From a virus (taxonomy: Duplodnaviria; Heunggongvirae; Uroviricota; Caudoviricetes): a stretch of 64,000 nt of DNA. Positions 25,073 to 34,878 of this stretch are shown here, piece after piece. Made by a program: the position numbers and the translations under genes. The stretch lies in IMG/VR virus record IMGVR_UViG_3300027710_001241, positions 16,620-80,619 of that record; one strand, written 5' to 3'. The notes under the pieces are model-generated. The model saw nothing but the letters and a program-made list of their open reading frames with translations. It was not told where the DNA came from and searched no databases. The stretch's first letter is position 1; each line of letters starts with the position of its first letter.

Positions 25073-26384
25073 ATAAACTCATAAAGCCGTCTACCTTCTC
25101 ACCGATGTAGGCAATCTGTTCTGGAGTAATAACAGGACTGCATCCGTGGAAGAATGTGTTCTTCATTGTATATGTTGATACTGGGAAGTTATCTCTTGCA
25201 TCTGCAGGATTCATCAAATGACTGTATGCAGGTTGCAACATGATGTTACCAGCAAAGTAAGGACGAGTTTGAATTAAATTTTCTTCCAAGTAGTCAACAA
25301 TGTCAGCACGAGTAAACGGAGCACCTTCTTTGATAGTCAAAGGAAATGCAAACCAACTTACATCTGCTTTATCGCAGGGTCTAGGAATATGGAAGAACTG
25401 CTCGTACTTCTCATAGATCTTAAACAGCAATTCATAGTTGCGTTGACGTAGTTCATGTATCTGCGGCAACTTCTTAATTTGCTCTAGACCCATAGCAGCC
25501 TGCAACTCGATGGGCTTTAGATTATAACCGATCTCATCATAGACATATTTGTGGTCAAAGATTTCTCCTGGCAGTTCTGGAATCCATTCTTTAAAGCGAC
25601 TACCACAAGTACCGCATTTAAGTTTGTTAGCCTCTGGACCTACACAGTAGCAACCACGTCCCCACTCACGGAAACTACGAACAATAACTTCTTGACTAGG
25701 ACTATTTGTAGCAACAAAGCCACCTTCACCCATGGTCATATGATGAGCAGGATAGAAACTGCATGATGCCATAAAGCCAAAACTACCTAACGGCTTGCCA
25801 TCATAAGTAGTTCCTAGTCCGTCACAGCAGTCTTCTAACAATACTAGATCATACTTCTTAACCATGGCCATGACACGATCCATGTTAGGTGGATTACCTA
25901 ATACGTGGGCAAATGTAATAACTTTGATCTCTGGATCAGCTTCTAGGATACGTTCTGCATGATCTAGGTCAATGTTTAATGTATCGATTTCAATGTCGCA
26001 GAATACAGGAGTAAAGCCAACCTGTAGCGTAGGATTAAGTGTTGTAGGAAAGCCTGCAATAGGCATTAATACTTTAGTACCCTTAGGAAAATTGTATCCA
26101 CGTTTACTAGTCAATGACGCCATCATTAACAAGTTAGCACTAGATCCGGAGTTAGTTAATACTCCTAGGTTCTTACCAAATTGTACAGGAAATTCTTTTT
26201 CAAATCGTGTACCGCAATCACCTAGGGCTAACCAACCTTTAAGCAAACTTTCTACACCTGCCATATATTCCGAAGAATCATATAAGGCACCTGCATAGTT
26301 AACAAAGTCTTTGCCTGCTACCCAGGTCTTCTTTGCGTCTCTTTCTTCGATATATTTTTTTACTAGATCTAAAATTTCTTTCAT
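25065..26384 (-). CDS. DegT/DnrJ/EryC1/StrS-family PLP-dependent sugar aminotransferase/dehydratase
   Basis: 439 aa, family-typical length and motifs. Confidence 0.75.
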   Translation of the reverse strand: MKEILDLVKKYIEERDAKKTWVAGKDFVNYAGALYDSSEYMAGVESLLKGWLALGDCGTRFEKEFPVQFGKNLGVLTNSGSSANLLMMASLTSKRGYNFPKGTKVLMPIAGFPTTLNPTLQVGFTPVFCDIEIDTLNIDLDHAERILEADPEIKVITFAHVLGNPPNMDRVMAMVKKYDLVLLEDCCDGLGTTYDGKPLGSFGFMASCSFYPAHHMTMGEGGFVATNSPSQEVIVRSFREWGRGCYCVGPEANKLKCGTCGSRFKEWIPELPGEIFDHKYVYDEIGYNLKPIELQAAMGLEQIKKLPQIHELRQRNYELLFKIYEKYEQFFHIPRPCDKADVSWFAFPLTIKEGAPFTRADIVDYLEENLIQTRPYFAGNIMLQPAYSHLMNPADARDNFPVSTYTMKNTFFHGCSPVITPEQIAYIGEKVDGFMSLFV

Positions 26385-26393
26385 GTTTCTCTC

Positions 26394-27053
26394 TTAGGGT
26401 GTAATGTGTCTAACTAATCCAAGGAACTGTTGGCATAATTCTTTCTTGGGCAAGCCGCTGCCTGCAAAGTGAATTAAGAAATCACCAGGAGTCCATTGTC
26501 CACTGTTGCCAGTTTTATCAATATCACTGCGATAGATGTTCCAATACAGTTGCTTGTATAAGAAACTGTTAAATGTTTTTTGTGGAACAAACTTAAACAA
26601 GTGACCATATGTTGGCATACTGTCAATCATAGCCTGTTGTTCCCACCACATGTGTGTTTGATACTTTTCAACCTGTGTCCACAAGTAGGCAAAGTAAGCT
26701 CTGCTTTCTGGACTGTTCTTTAACATAAAACTATCTGCATTGATATCGTTGATGTCCTTGGCCATGACAATATGATAATCTTCGTCAATAAAACTTTCTA
26801 GTTTAATGTAGAAGTTGGTAATCAATGTATCGGCACCTGCCCAATACAACCAATCGTATTCAGGATGTTCATTCATAATGTCTAGCATGAACTTGATCTT
26901 TTCATAGCTTGGGCAATAGGTAAAGCCTTCTGTCTTAACGTGGTATGGATAACCCCAGTGATCACAGTATAGTTTTTTATTCTGTGTCCAGCTTACATCG
27001 GCTAGAGCCTGATAGTTATGATCCCATAACTGGCATACTGCAATTTTTGTCAT
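26394..27053 (-). CDS. GT34/Mnn10-type glycosyltransferase-like, paralog B
   Basis: paralog of 21774..22436. Confidence 0.4.
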   Translation of the reverse strand: MTKIAVCQLWDHNYQALADVSWTQNKKLYCDHWGYPYHVKTEGFTYCPSYEKIKFMLDIMNEHPEYDWLYWAGADTLITNFYIKLESFIDEDYHIVMAKDINDINADSFMLKNSPESRAYFAYLWTQVEKYQTHMWWEQQAMIDSMPTYGHLFKFVPQKTFNSFLYKQLYWNIYRSDIDKTGNSGQWTPGDFLIHFAGSGLPKKELCQQFLGLVRHITP

Positions 27054-27610
27054 AGTGTTCCTTGAAATTTATAACAGTCATTCCAACTCGGATGACTTTG
27101 GTCTCTCTGACTAATAGTTAGTTCATCATTTAGAGGCCATTTAATTTTTAACTGTGGGTCATTCCACATAACGCCACATTCTTCTGAGCCGTTGTGATAT
27201 CCGTCTACTCTGTATCCAACATAGGTGTTAGGGTCTAGTGTAATAAATCCGTGATAGAATCCACGAGGTATGTAAACAAGACTAGGCTCGTCTTTGGATA
27301 TAGTAACTCCACAGCTCTGTCCGTAGGTAGGGCTGTCTAATCTAGCGTCAACTAAAACATCATAGATACTGCCGTTGAGTACACTAACTAGTTTAGCCTG
27401 CGGTGCATTAGCAGTCTGTCCATGCATACCTCTTACTGTACCAGCTTTCCAACTATAACTGTAAAAGTCAAATATAAAATTAGATGTAATACCTGCTTGG
27501 TCCAACCATTCTTGTCTAAATGTTTCAGTGAACCAACCACGGTTATCAGTATGTCGTTCTAATTTTATAACCTTTGCATCTTTCAAAGGTAGGTCTTGTA
27601 TTTCAATCAT
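27050..27610 (-). CDS. rfbC: dTDP-4-dehydrorhamnose 3,5-epimerase
   Basis: cupin with RGMHGQ motif. Confidence 0.75.
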   Translation of the reverse strand: MIEIQDLPLKDAKVIKLERHTDNRGWFTETFRQEWLDQAGITSNFIFDFYSYSWKAGTVRGMHGQTANAPQAKLVSVLNGSIYDVLVDARLDSPTYGQSCGVTISKDEPSLVYIPRGFYHGFITLDPNTYVGYRVDGYHNGSEECGVMWNDPQLKIKWPLNDELTISQRDQSHPSWNDCYKFQGTL

Positions 27611-28410
27611 TAGAAATAGAATCCGTTAACACGAGGAAACCATACATCGCCCCAGCCTCTAGGACTGCGATAGTTGTCATAGTCTTTTCTAGTTTCGCAC
27701 CAAAATGTCTTACCTAGGCCAATAGCCAAGGCCATAACAATACTTTGATTAGCCATTACTTGCTCTGCACCTTGAATGATACGTGCCATCTCTAGCATGT
27801 CTTCAACCTTGTGATAAGGTACGTTACAACCGAACTGACGATTAAAGGCAGCGTGTTCTTCTTCTGTACCTAAGAATACAGCAACATCATCTAAACCATC
27901 TTCAACCCACTTGCGCCAAGTAGGAGCATTAGGATCACCACCTTGTAGGTAGCGCGGTGTTCTGTTAATAACAATAGGACGATTGTCAATGCGAATAGGT
28001 TCAATTGCATCTAACCACGGATCAATTAATAATGCTTTGCGGTGTTCGTCGAGATCTAATCCGCATACCAAGGCAGCACATTCAGTTTGATTGCCCTGCC
28101 ACCCTTTAGGTCCTGTGGTAAATTTATAATGATCAGCTAGATCGTGATCTACTGTTTCATTGCGCCACAAGTCTAGTTTGTGAATGTAACTTTGTTTTTC
28201 TAAAAGTGGAAATAAAAAGTCTATGTCTTTTTGTGTGTATCTACCTGCATGTGGTCCTGCGTTCGGTGCTCCAAAGGCGTTCCACGATACTTCGTTCATT
28301 CCGTTGAGTTTGATATATACATCGCCACCTCCTAATATTTTAACTGGGCACATACTATAGATAGTATCGCCAAATGTTCCTGAATGGCTGAATGTTAATT
28401 GTTTGGTCAT
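27610..28410 (-). CDS. hypothetical protein (sugar-island member)
   Basis: start trimmed to ATG with GAGGA SD; served by minus promoter TTGACA-17-TATCAT at 28465-28493. Confidence 0.4.
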   Translation of the reverse strand: MTKQLTFSHSGTFGDTIYSMCPVKILGGGDVYIKLNGMNEVSWNAFGAPNAGPHAGRYTQKDIDFLFPLLEKQSYIHKLDLWRNETVDHDLADHYKFTTGPKGWQGNQTECAALVCGLDLDEHRKALLIDPWLDAIEPIRIDNRPIVINRTPRYLQGGDPNAPTWRKWVEDGLDDVAVFLGTEEEHAAFNRQFGCNVPYHKVEDMLEMARIIQGAEQVMANQSIVMALAIGLGKTFWCETRKDYDNYRSPRGWGDVWFPRVNGFYF

Positions 28411-28516
28411 TGGTTCCTCGTTTCGTGCAGTATTTAAATTATTTTTATCTGCGCTATAACAAATATGATACAGCCTTGATTTGCTCTTGTCAAGTCTTTT
28501 GTGTATAATTAATGTT

Positions 28517-29230
28517 ATGAAAACATTAGTATTTTGCACCTCTTACTCAAACGATCAAGCACGTTGGGATGGACTATTTGGGCGTTGGATCAATGCCTTA
28601 GAGAATAGTAAACTTGAATATGATCAACTATTATTAATTGATGATGGTAGCGCCATTATGCCCGGATGGGAAGGCGTAGAAGTTATTCAAGAAAATCAAC
28701 TACCGGACGAATGTCCTGAAAGCCGCGGAGTGATTTATCACTTTGAAAAGAACATGGGTTACAGTGGACATGCTGTATATCCAGGTTGGTATAGAAGTTA
28801 TATGTTTGCCGCCGCCTATGCAGAAAAATACGGATTTGAAAAGATCATCCATGTTGAATCTGATGCATTTATTATCTCTGAGCGTATGCAAGACTACGTG
28901 AATAGTTTAGAATCTGGATGGACCACATTCTGGTGCCCAAGACATAAGTTCCCTGAAAACAATATTCAAATTATTGCAGGTGACGCTGTTAAACGTTTCA
29001 TTGCTTGGAACAATGAAAAAGTTCCTTACTCTACATATCAAAACATCTGTGCAGAGTTTTGGACACCTTATACTCATGTAAACAAAGACTTCAAGGGCGA
29101 TCGTTGGGGCGAATTTGCTCCAGGTATGGCCGCCGTACCCGATCCAAGTTGCCCGCCAGGCGTACCACGTGACGCTGATTTTGTATGCCAAGTACGACAA
29201 GAAAGTCCAGCTTGGTGGCTTGAAGAATAA
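28517..29230 (+). CDS. putative GT-A-fold glycosyltransferase
   Basis: LLIDDGS DxD-like motif; plus-strand promoter TTGCTC-17-TATAAT at 28481-28509 puts the start at or next to the ATG (leaderless). Confidence 0.4.
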   Translation: MKTLVFCTSYSNDQARWDGLFGRWINALENSKLEYDQLLLIDDGSAIMPGWEGVEVIQENQLPDECPESRGVIYHFEKNMGYSGHAVYPGWYRSYMFAAAYAEKYGFEKIIHVESDAFIISERMQDYVNSLESGWTTFWCPRHKFPENNIQIIAGDAVKRFIAWNNEKVPYSTYQNICAEFWTPYTHVNKDFKGDRWGEFAPGMAAVPDPSCPPGVPRDADFVCQVRQESPAWWLEE

Positions 29231-29290
29231 TTAACTACCCATATTTTCCCCAAATCATTATATGTAAATATAATACACTGGGAGCAAAAT

Positions 29291-29569
29291 ATGGGAGATT
29301 TCTTTAAACTAGTAGCAGAGCTAGGCTTTCCTATTGCAGGAGCCATGGCTGCTGGTTACTTTGTTTTCCTAACACTAAAATTCATCCTAGCTGGTGTAAC
29401 ATCCAGCGTCAACGGAATGGGCGGTATCATTAAAGGACTTGATAGTCGTGTTGATACTATGACCAACCAACTTCAAAGAATCGATGTTAAAGTAAGTCAT
29501 GCACTGGGCTTACAACCTGACTACGACCGTATTAGCAGGGCAGAGCAAGCAGACCAAAGGAAAGACTAA
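29291..29569 (+). CDS. small membrane protein, paralog 1 (holin-like?)
   Basis: ELGFPIAGAMAAGYFVF hydrophobic N-term then coiled region; paralog at 30753. Confidence 0.35.
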   Translation: MGDFFKLVAELGFPIAGAMAAGYFVFLTLKFILAGVTSSVNGMGGIIKGLDSRVDTMTNQLQRIDVKVSHALGLQPDYDRISRAEQADQRKD

Positions 29570-29570
29570 C

Positions 29571-30563
29571 ATGGTCGTATCTGTATGGAATGGTAGAGAA
29601 TATACTAGTGACTTTACTTGGGTAAGAAATTCAGAAGGTCGATTAGTATCGACACCTATAAATGATTACCGTGATATTGTTGTTGAACCAGAGGAAGAAA
29701 TTGTGAATCAAGAAACCATATTAAACTATTATGACACGTTAAGTATCAGTGATCGAGCAACATTAACTGCTTCACTGCGTACAACTGAGTTGGCCATCTT
29801 AGCACGTGAAAAAGCAGAACTTATAGCACGTAACAAGGCATTAGGTGTACCTAACGGCAAGACCAGAGAAGAATACAGCACTAGTGCTTGGCAAATCAAA
29901 CAAGACTATCCAGATTCAGAGGATGGAGTATACTGGATTCGCAATGATGACATCAACAATGGTGATCCGTTCCAAGTCTACTGTGACATGACTACACTAG
30001 GTGGTGGTTGGACATTGATTGTACAAAATTCTATTAGTAGCTGGACAGAAGAACAAGTGTTTAGTCGCAACGCTACCACTTGCCCTACTCAACTGGCCGC
30101 ATACAACAATCGTTCAGTTGAACAAAACTACAGCATCCTATCATGGGCTGACAAGATTAAACGAGCAGACTCAGGATTTGATTTTATGATCACTGCTCGT
30201 GAACATGCTTCACTAGGTGGTGCTTGGACCGCCAACGAAGCATACTCATTTACTCAAACTAACGAAAGTGCTGACATGGGTGATGAACAGTTAGGCACCC
30301 CAGGCTGGCGCAAGAACATTACAGAACTAGCACGTTTCGGCAACAATGACACTGGTCAAACGTGGGATTATCATTACGATGCTATGGAAGCACGTATGCC
30401 TTGGGTAGGTATTGGTATTAATCATGGTTGGTTGACCACAGATGGATTCCGTGGCGGTTGGTGGGGAACATTGATCACTCAAGGCGGTTGGGAACCAGCA
30501 CCGTGGTTAGCTACGGTCCAAGATGGTGCTCATCCAGGTGTTATTTGGTATTGGGTAAGATAA
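29571..30563 (+). CDS. fibrinogen-related-domain protein (possible fibre/adhesin)
   Basis: VYCDMTTLGGGWTLIQN hallmark; start at ATG after AAGGAAAG. Confidence 0.5.
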   Translation: MVVSVWNGREYTSDFTWVRNSEGRLVSTPINDYRDIVVEPEEEIVNQETILNYYDTLSISDRATLTASLRTTELAILAREKAELIARNKALGVPNGKTREEYSTSAWQIKQDYPDSEDGVYWIRNDDINNGDPFQVYCDMTTLGGGWTLIVQNSISSWTEEQVFSRNATTCPTQLAAYNNRSVEQNYSILSWADKIKRADSGFDFMITAREHASLGGAWTANEAYSFTQTNESADMGDEQLGTPGWRKNITELARFGNNDTGQTWDYHYDAMEARMPWVGIGINHGWLTTDGFRGGWWGTLITQGGWEPAPWLATVQDGAHPGVIWYWVR

Positions 30564-30573
30564 GGAGAGACTA

Positions 30574-30753
30574 ATGAAATACATAGGCTATGACTTAGTT
30601 ATTTCCGAAGAGAAACTTGTTCTTGACAAGGAAATAACACTTAAAAAACTTGAATGGAACAAGGGCGATTACCTTCAAATTACGGAAAACGATGGCCAAA
30701 TTGAATTAGTTCGAATTGACCCGTTGATAAAATTTTTAAGAGGATACAAGTAA
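30574..30753 (+). CDS. hypothetical small protein (59 aa)
   Basis: strong SD TAAGGAGAG; unlisted ORF. Confidence 0.4.
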   Translation: MKYIGYDLVISEEKLVLDKEITLKKLEWNKGDYLQITENDGQIELVRIDPLIKFLRGYK

Positions 30754-31103
30754 TGGATCCGGTAGAACTAGTAAACAAATATGGTTTCCCTATTGTTGCT
30801 GCAGGCGGCATGGGTTACTTCATATATTATGTGTGGACCTGGGTAACCACAGAAATCAAACCCGTTATAGGACAAGCCAATGGAACTCTTATTGCTCTTA
30901 TTGATCGTATTCGTATGTTGGACAATGACCTTATAAGATTAAATCAAAAGGTTGAAACTGTTATGGAACTGCGTGGTAAGACCATCGAACGTGAACGTGT
31001 TAGGGCAGAAGCTGAAATTAATAAAACAGCAGATGATGATCTGCCAATAGGTAAACGGAAAGCGACTAAAGAAGAAATAAAAGGTGCTGCCGGAGATGAT
31101 TAA
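30753..31103 (+). CDS. small membrane protein, paralog 2
   Basis: KYGFPIVAAGGMGYFIY; paralog of 29291. Confidence 0.35.
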   Translation: MDPVELVNKYGFPIVAAGGMGYFIYYVWTWVTTEIKPVIGQANGTLIALIDRIRMLDNDLIRLNQKVETVMELRGKTIERERVRAEAEINKTADDDLPIGKRKATKEEIKGAAGDD

Positions 31104-31110
31104 ATAGTAG

Positions 31111-31815
31111 ATGCTATTAATACTTTATACTCTAATAGTGACGCATATTACCATAGTATGCGTCACTTTGTTTTTACACCGTGGACAAGCTCATCGAGGA
31201 ATTGAATTCCATCCCATATTAGGACACTTTATGCGTTTCTGGTTATGGATGACAACAGGTATGGTTACCAAGCAATGGGTAGCAATACACAGAAAACATC
31301 ATAGATTTACAGATGAATCTGAAGATCCCCATAGTCCTATACATTATGGTATATGGCGTGTATTATTCAAAGGCGCCGGATTGTATCACAGTGCTAGTAA
31401 AGACACAGCCATGGTCCAACAGTATGGTGTAGGTACACCCAGTGATTGGATTGAACAGAATTTGTACACTCCACATAGTCGTCTGGGCATAGCTTTAATG
31501 CTGGTCATAGACCTTGTTCTTTTTGGTCCATGGGGACTATTAGTTTGGGGTGTACAAATGCTATGGATCCCTTTTTGGGCCGCAGGAGTAATCAATGGAA
31601 TCGGACACTGGACAGGATACACTAATGGTAGTACAAAGGATAATAGTCGTAATATTAGTCCTTGGGGTATTATTATTGGTGGTGAAGAACTTCATAACAA
31701 CCACCACCTAGAACCTGCTAATCCTAAACTAAGTCGCAAGTGGTTTGAGTTTGATGCAGGATGGATGTGGCTAACGCTGTTTAGAACAGTAGGGTTGGCA
31801 AAGATTAGATCTTAA
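31111..31815 (+). CDS. fatty-acid desaturase (delta-9-type His boxes)
   Basis: HRKHHRF and HNNHH motifs. Confidence 0.65.
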   Translation: MLLILYTLIVTHITIVCVTLFLHRGQAHRGIEFHPILGHFMRFWLWMTTGMVTKQWVAIHRKHHRFTDESEDPHSPIHYGIWRVLFKGAGLYHSASKDTAMVQQYGVGTPSDWIEQNLYTPHSRLGIALMLVIDLVLFGPWGLLVWGVQMLWIPFWAAGVINGIGHWTGYTNGSTKDNSRNISPWGIIIGGEELHNNHHLEPANPKLSRKWFEFDAGWMWLTLFRTVGLAKIRS

Positions 31816-31907
31816 CTCTTTCCAGCTATCAGCATTACCGGCAACAAAGAACGGCCAGTAATAAAGCATTATCCAGCCTCTTGTCATTTCATCTAAGATA
31901 TCTGCTA

Positions 31908-33971
31908 TCACTTTGATGTAGCTCTGTAAGTACCATCCCAATCTGCAGGTAGATTTCTAGTTCTCATATCAGCAATGCGCTCAATCCACAATTCGTAGTA
32001 ATGATCCATCTTGCCGTCAAACTCGCCGGTAAGTTCCTGACATAGTGTAACGGCCTTGTCCCACTCTTGTTTGCGATAGTATTCTAACATTAGTTCATGA
32101 TGTTCTCTAGCTGAGAACCAATCTGCTGCCACAGTGACATCTGGATTGTAGAACACTGTAAAGATGTTAACACCAACATCCTTACCTTTAACTGCAATAC
32201 AATCTAACGGAATAGTAAAGTAGTTGTCACCTACACGGGCTTGTGTAAATTCACTGATAATGATCAATACGCCATAGTTCTTAGTCTGTCCTTCTAAGCG
32301 AGCTGTTAAACTAACCGAGTCACCTAGAACGTCATAACCAAAGCGGTCTTTACTACCAATGTTACCAATCAGTGTAGGACCAGTGTTGATACCAAGTCCG
32401 CAACCTACTAAGGGCTTGCCTTCTTTGGTAAGTTCAATGTTAAACAGTTCAACAGCGTGTAACATTTCTAGTCCAGTGCGAACAGCAGCTAACACATGAT
32501 CTGGATCTTGTTCTTCTTGAATAGGAGCACCGTGGACGTGCAATGACGCATCTCCGATGAACTTGATCAAACAACCATTGTTGCGTAAAATAGGTTCTGC
32601 AATAGCAGTCATGTAACGATTCATTATTGCTGTGAACGCTACAACGTCATCGCCGTAAGTTTCACCTAGACCTGTAAAGTTACGCATGTCACTCATAATA
32701 ACTGTAAGGTCTTTCTTCTCACCACCTAGTTTAATAAAGCTAGGATCTTTCTGTAAGCGTTCGACAATAACAGGATTAACATAGCTACCGAACTGTTTCT
32801 TAATCTGTGACTTTTGGAAAAACTCATCTAAGAATTTTACTGTGTAAGCATGAAGAGCAACGAGGATAATTCCAAGGGTGAAAACAGTAGTATCAAATAA
32901 CATATGAAACCCACTATAAGCGTACATACTAGCGAATACGCTACTAACAGCCAATACAACCATTGTCGCAATTCCGACATACATCCACCTTGTTAAAAAT
33001 AATAATAGTGCGCCTGCAATAACAAGAGCCAATATCTCAGCCTGATCAGCCCACTCAGGGCGCTGAATAGTTGTACCACTTAGCATTGTTCCCATAGCGG
33101 CAGCTTGTAGATCCTGCGGCCATATTTCTCCCTTGCTAGTAGCAATAGGCTGTACTAGACCTGCGGCACTAACGCCTACAATAACTATCTCGCCTTTAAA
33201 AGATTCTGGTAGTTCGACTAGACTATGTTGTTGCGGTGTTGCACTCCAATCGATCCAAACACGACTTATTCCGTCTGTAGGTATCTTACCAAACTTAGGA
33301 ATACGTAGAGCCTCTACGCCCATTTCTCCAATCTTAATTTGGAAGTTCTTATCCTTGGCAGCTACACGTAGAGTTTCTAATGCCAGACTGGGATACAAAT
33401 GCTCTTGACTGTAAATGACTAGAGGTGTTCGGCGAACAACACCATCAATCTCTGGAAAGGTATTAACAATACCTACACCTGCTGCTCGTTCTCCTAGCAT
33501 ATCTACGTTACTAATCAATCCAGGATATTCAACAACCATACCTTCGGGATCTAATCCAATGATAGCTGCAGGACTTCCGTGTGCTGTATTCTTAGAAGTC
33601 ATACTACCTAGACTAGGCAGGATTACTGGATATTGTTCTAAAGTACGTGCTAGTACAGGGTCTTGTTTAAACCTGTCTTTTTCAGGCATTAATATATTAA
33701 AAACGACTAATCCAGCTTCTCTTTTGTAGAGTTCTTTAATAATATCTGCATAAATGTCACGACTAAAAGGGTATTGGCCGTACTTGTCTAATGCCGCTTC
33801 ATCTATGTTAACTGTATGTACAGGGATATCTTTGGCAGGTTGGCCGGTAACCAATTGATCAAAATAACGTAGTCTCACAGACTCTACAAAACTTGGATCA
33901 GCGAATCGAACACCTACTATTAAGGCAAGTGTTACTATAGCCAGCCAGGGGCTTAATAATATTTTTTTCAT
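31908..33971 (-). CDS. CHASE2 sensor domain – class III adenylate/guanylate cyclase
   Basis: N-terminal signal/TM, periplasmic domain, TM cluster, C-terminal cyclase domain (KFIGDA...). Confidence 0.7.
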   Translation of the reverse strand: MKKILLSPWLAIVTLALIVGVRFADPSFVESVRLRYFDQLVTGQPAKDIPVHTVNIDEAALDKYGQYPFSRDIYADIIKELYKREAGLVVFNILMPEKDRFKQDPVLARTLEQYPVILPSLGSMTSKNTAHGSPAAIIGLDPEGMVVEYPGLISNVDMLGERAAGVGIVNTFPEIDGVVRRTPLVIYSQEHLYPSLALETLRVAAKDKNFQIKIGEMGVEALRIPKFGKIPTDGISRVWIDWSATPQQHSLVELPESFKGEIVIVGVSAAGLVQPIATSKGEIWPQDLQAAAMGTMLSGTTIQRPEWADQAEILALVIAGALLLFLTRWMYVGIATMVVLAVSSVFASMYAYSGFHMLFDTTVFTLGIILVALHAYTVKFLDEFFQKSQIKKQFGSYVNPVIVERLQKDPSFIKLGGEKKDLTVIMSDMRNFTGLGETYGDDVVAFTAIMNRYMTAIAEPILRNNGCLIKFIGDASLHVHGAPIQEEQDPDHVLAAVRTGLEMLHAVELFNIELTKEGKPLVGCGLGINTGPTLIGNIGSKDRFGYDVLGDSVSLTARLEGQTKNYGVLIIISEFTQARVGDNYFTIPLDCIAVKGKDVGVNIFTVFYNPDVTVAADWFSAREHHELMLEYYRKQEWDKAVTLCQELTGEFDGKMDHYYELWIERIADMRTRNLPADWDGTYRATSK

Positions 33972-33972
33972 A

Positions 33973-34392
33973 TCAGCAATTCCATTTTCTTAATGCTAGG
34001 GCTTTTCTAGTAGGTTTACCGTTGGGCTTCTTCATAGGACCTTTAACGCCGCCCATTCTAGCACAGAATGATTTACGGCGCTTGGCTGCTTTGCTGCCTT
34101 TTTTAAGTTTACTAGGTTTAGTTGTAACTGCTGTTTGTAGTTTACTACCTGGATTCTCTCTGCGATAGCTGGCAACACCTTTGGCGTTTAAGCCACCTGA
34201 CTTACTCTTACCTTCTTTCCTGCGCCAAGCTGCTGTTTCTAGCAATTCGTAATCATCAACTGATTCAAAATCTTCCCAGATAACTTCTGCATCAACTCCG
34301 TGCTCTTCGGCTAATTCTTCAACCATTTCTTCAATTAGATCAAATTGTTGATCTACATCTAATTCTTCTGTTATAAATTCATTTGCTCTCAT
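33973..34392 (-). CDS. hypothetical protein (acidic N-terminus, basic C-terminus)
   Basis: ORF 139 aa. Confidence 0.4.
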   Translation of the reverse strand: MRANEFITEELDVDQQFDLIEEMVEELAEEHGVDAEVIWEDFESVDDYELLETAAWRRKEGKSKSGGLNAKGVASYRRENPGSKLQTAVTTKPSKLKKGSKAAKRRKSFCARMGGVKGPMKKPNGKPTRKALALRKWNC

Positions 34393-34868
34393 TTTTTCTT
34401 AGCCCTTCCTGCTTTCATATTAGCTAACCAGTGTGCTAGTTGTCCTTTACGTCCACCTTGTTTAGCAGTTTTACGTAGACTACTTACTGATGCTTTAGTG
34501 TTAATGCCGTGACGCTTGCTGTCACCTTTATCTTGCGGATTGCGACCGTCGGCAAAGTTTTCATTTTCAATGCTTTCACCTGTCATATAAGGAAGACCAA
34601 ACCACAACTTAAACCATTCTGCATCGCCAGGTTTAATATCGTGTTTACGCATTATGTTAGTTTTTTCTTGACTTGCTTGCCCAAACGTTTCACCGTAGCT
34701 TTCTTCTAAACTGTGGCCACCTTCCATCATAGCATACTCTAAAGCAGTGAATTTAGGAGAAGGTTTAACAGCCATTTCTGCATCTAGTTTAGCCTGTAGA
34801 CTTTCCGTATAAGTTTTAGGCTTCTGAGGTTTGGCAGGTTGTTTAATAAGGTCGTCGAATCGCATCAA
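34389..34868 (-). CDS. hypothetical protein
   Basis: ORF 159 aa. Confidence 0.4.
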   Translation of the reverse strand: MMRFDDLIKQPAKPQKPKTYTESLQAKLDAEMAVKPSPKFTALEYAMMEGGHSLEESYGETFGQASQEKTNIMRKHDIKPGDAEWFKLWFGLPYMTGESIENENFADGRNPQDKGDSKRHGINTKASVSSLRKTAKQGGRKGQLAHWLANMKAGRAKKK

Positions 34869-34878
34869 CTATTTATAG

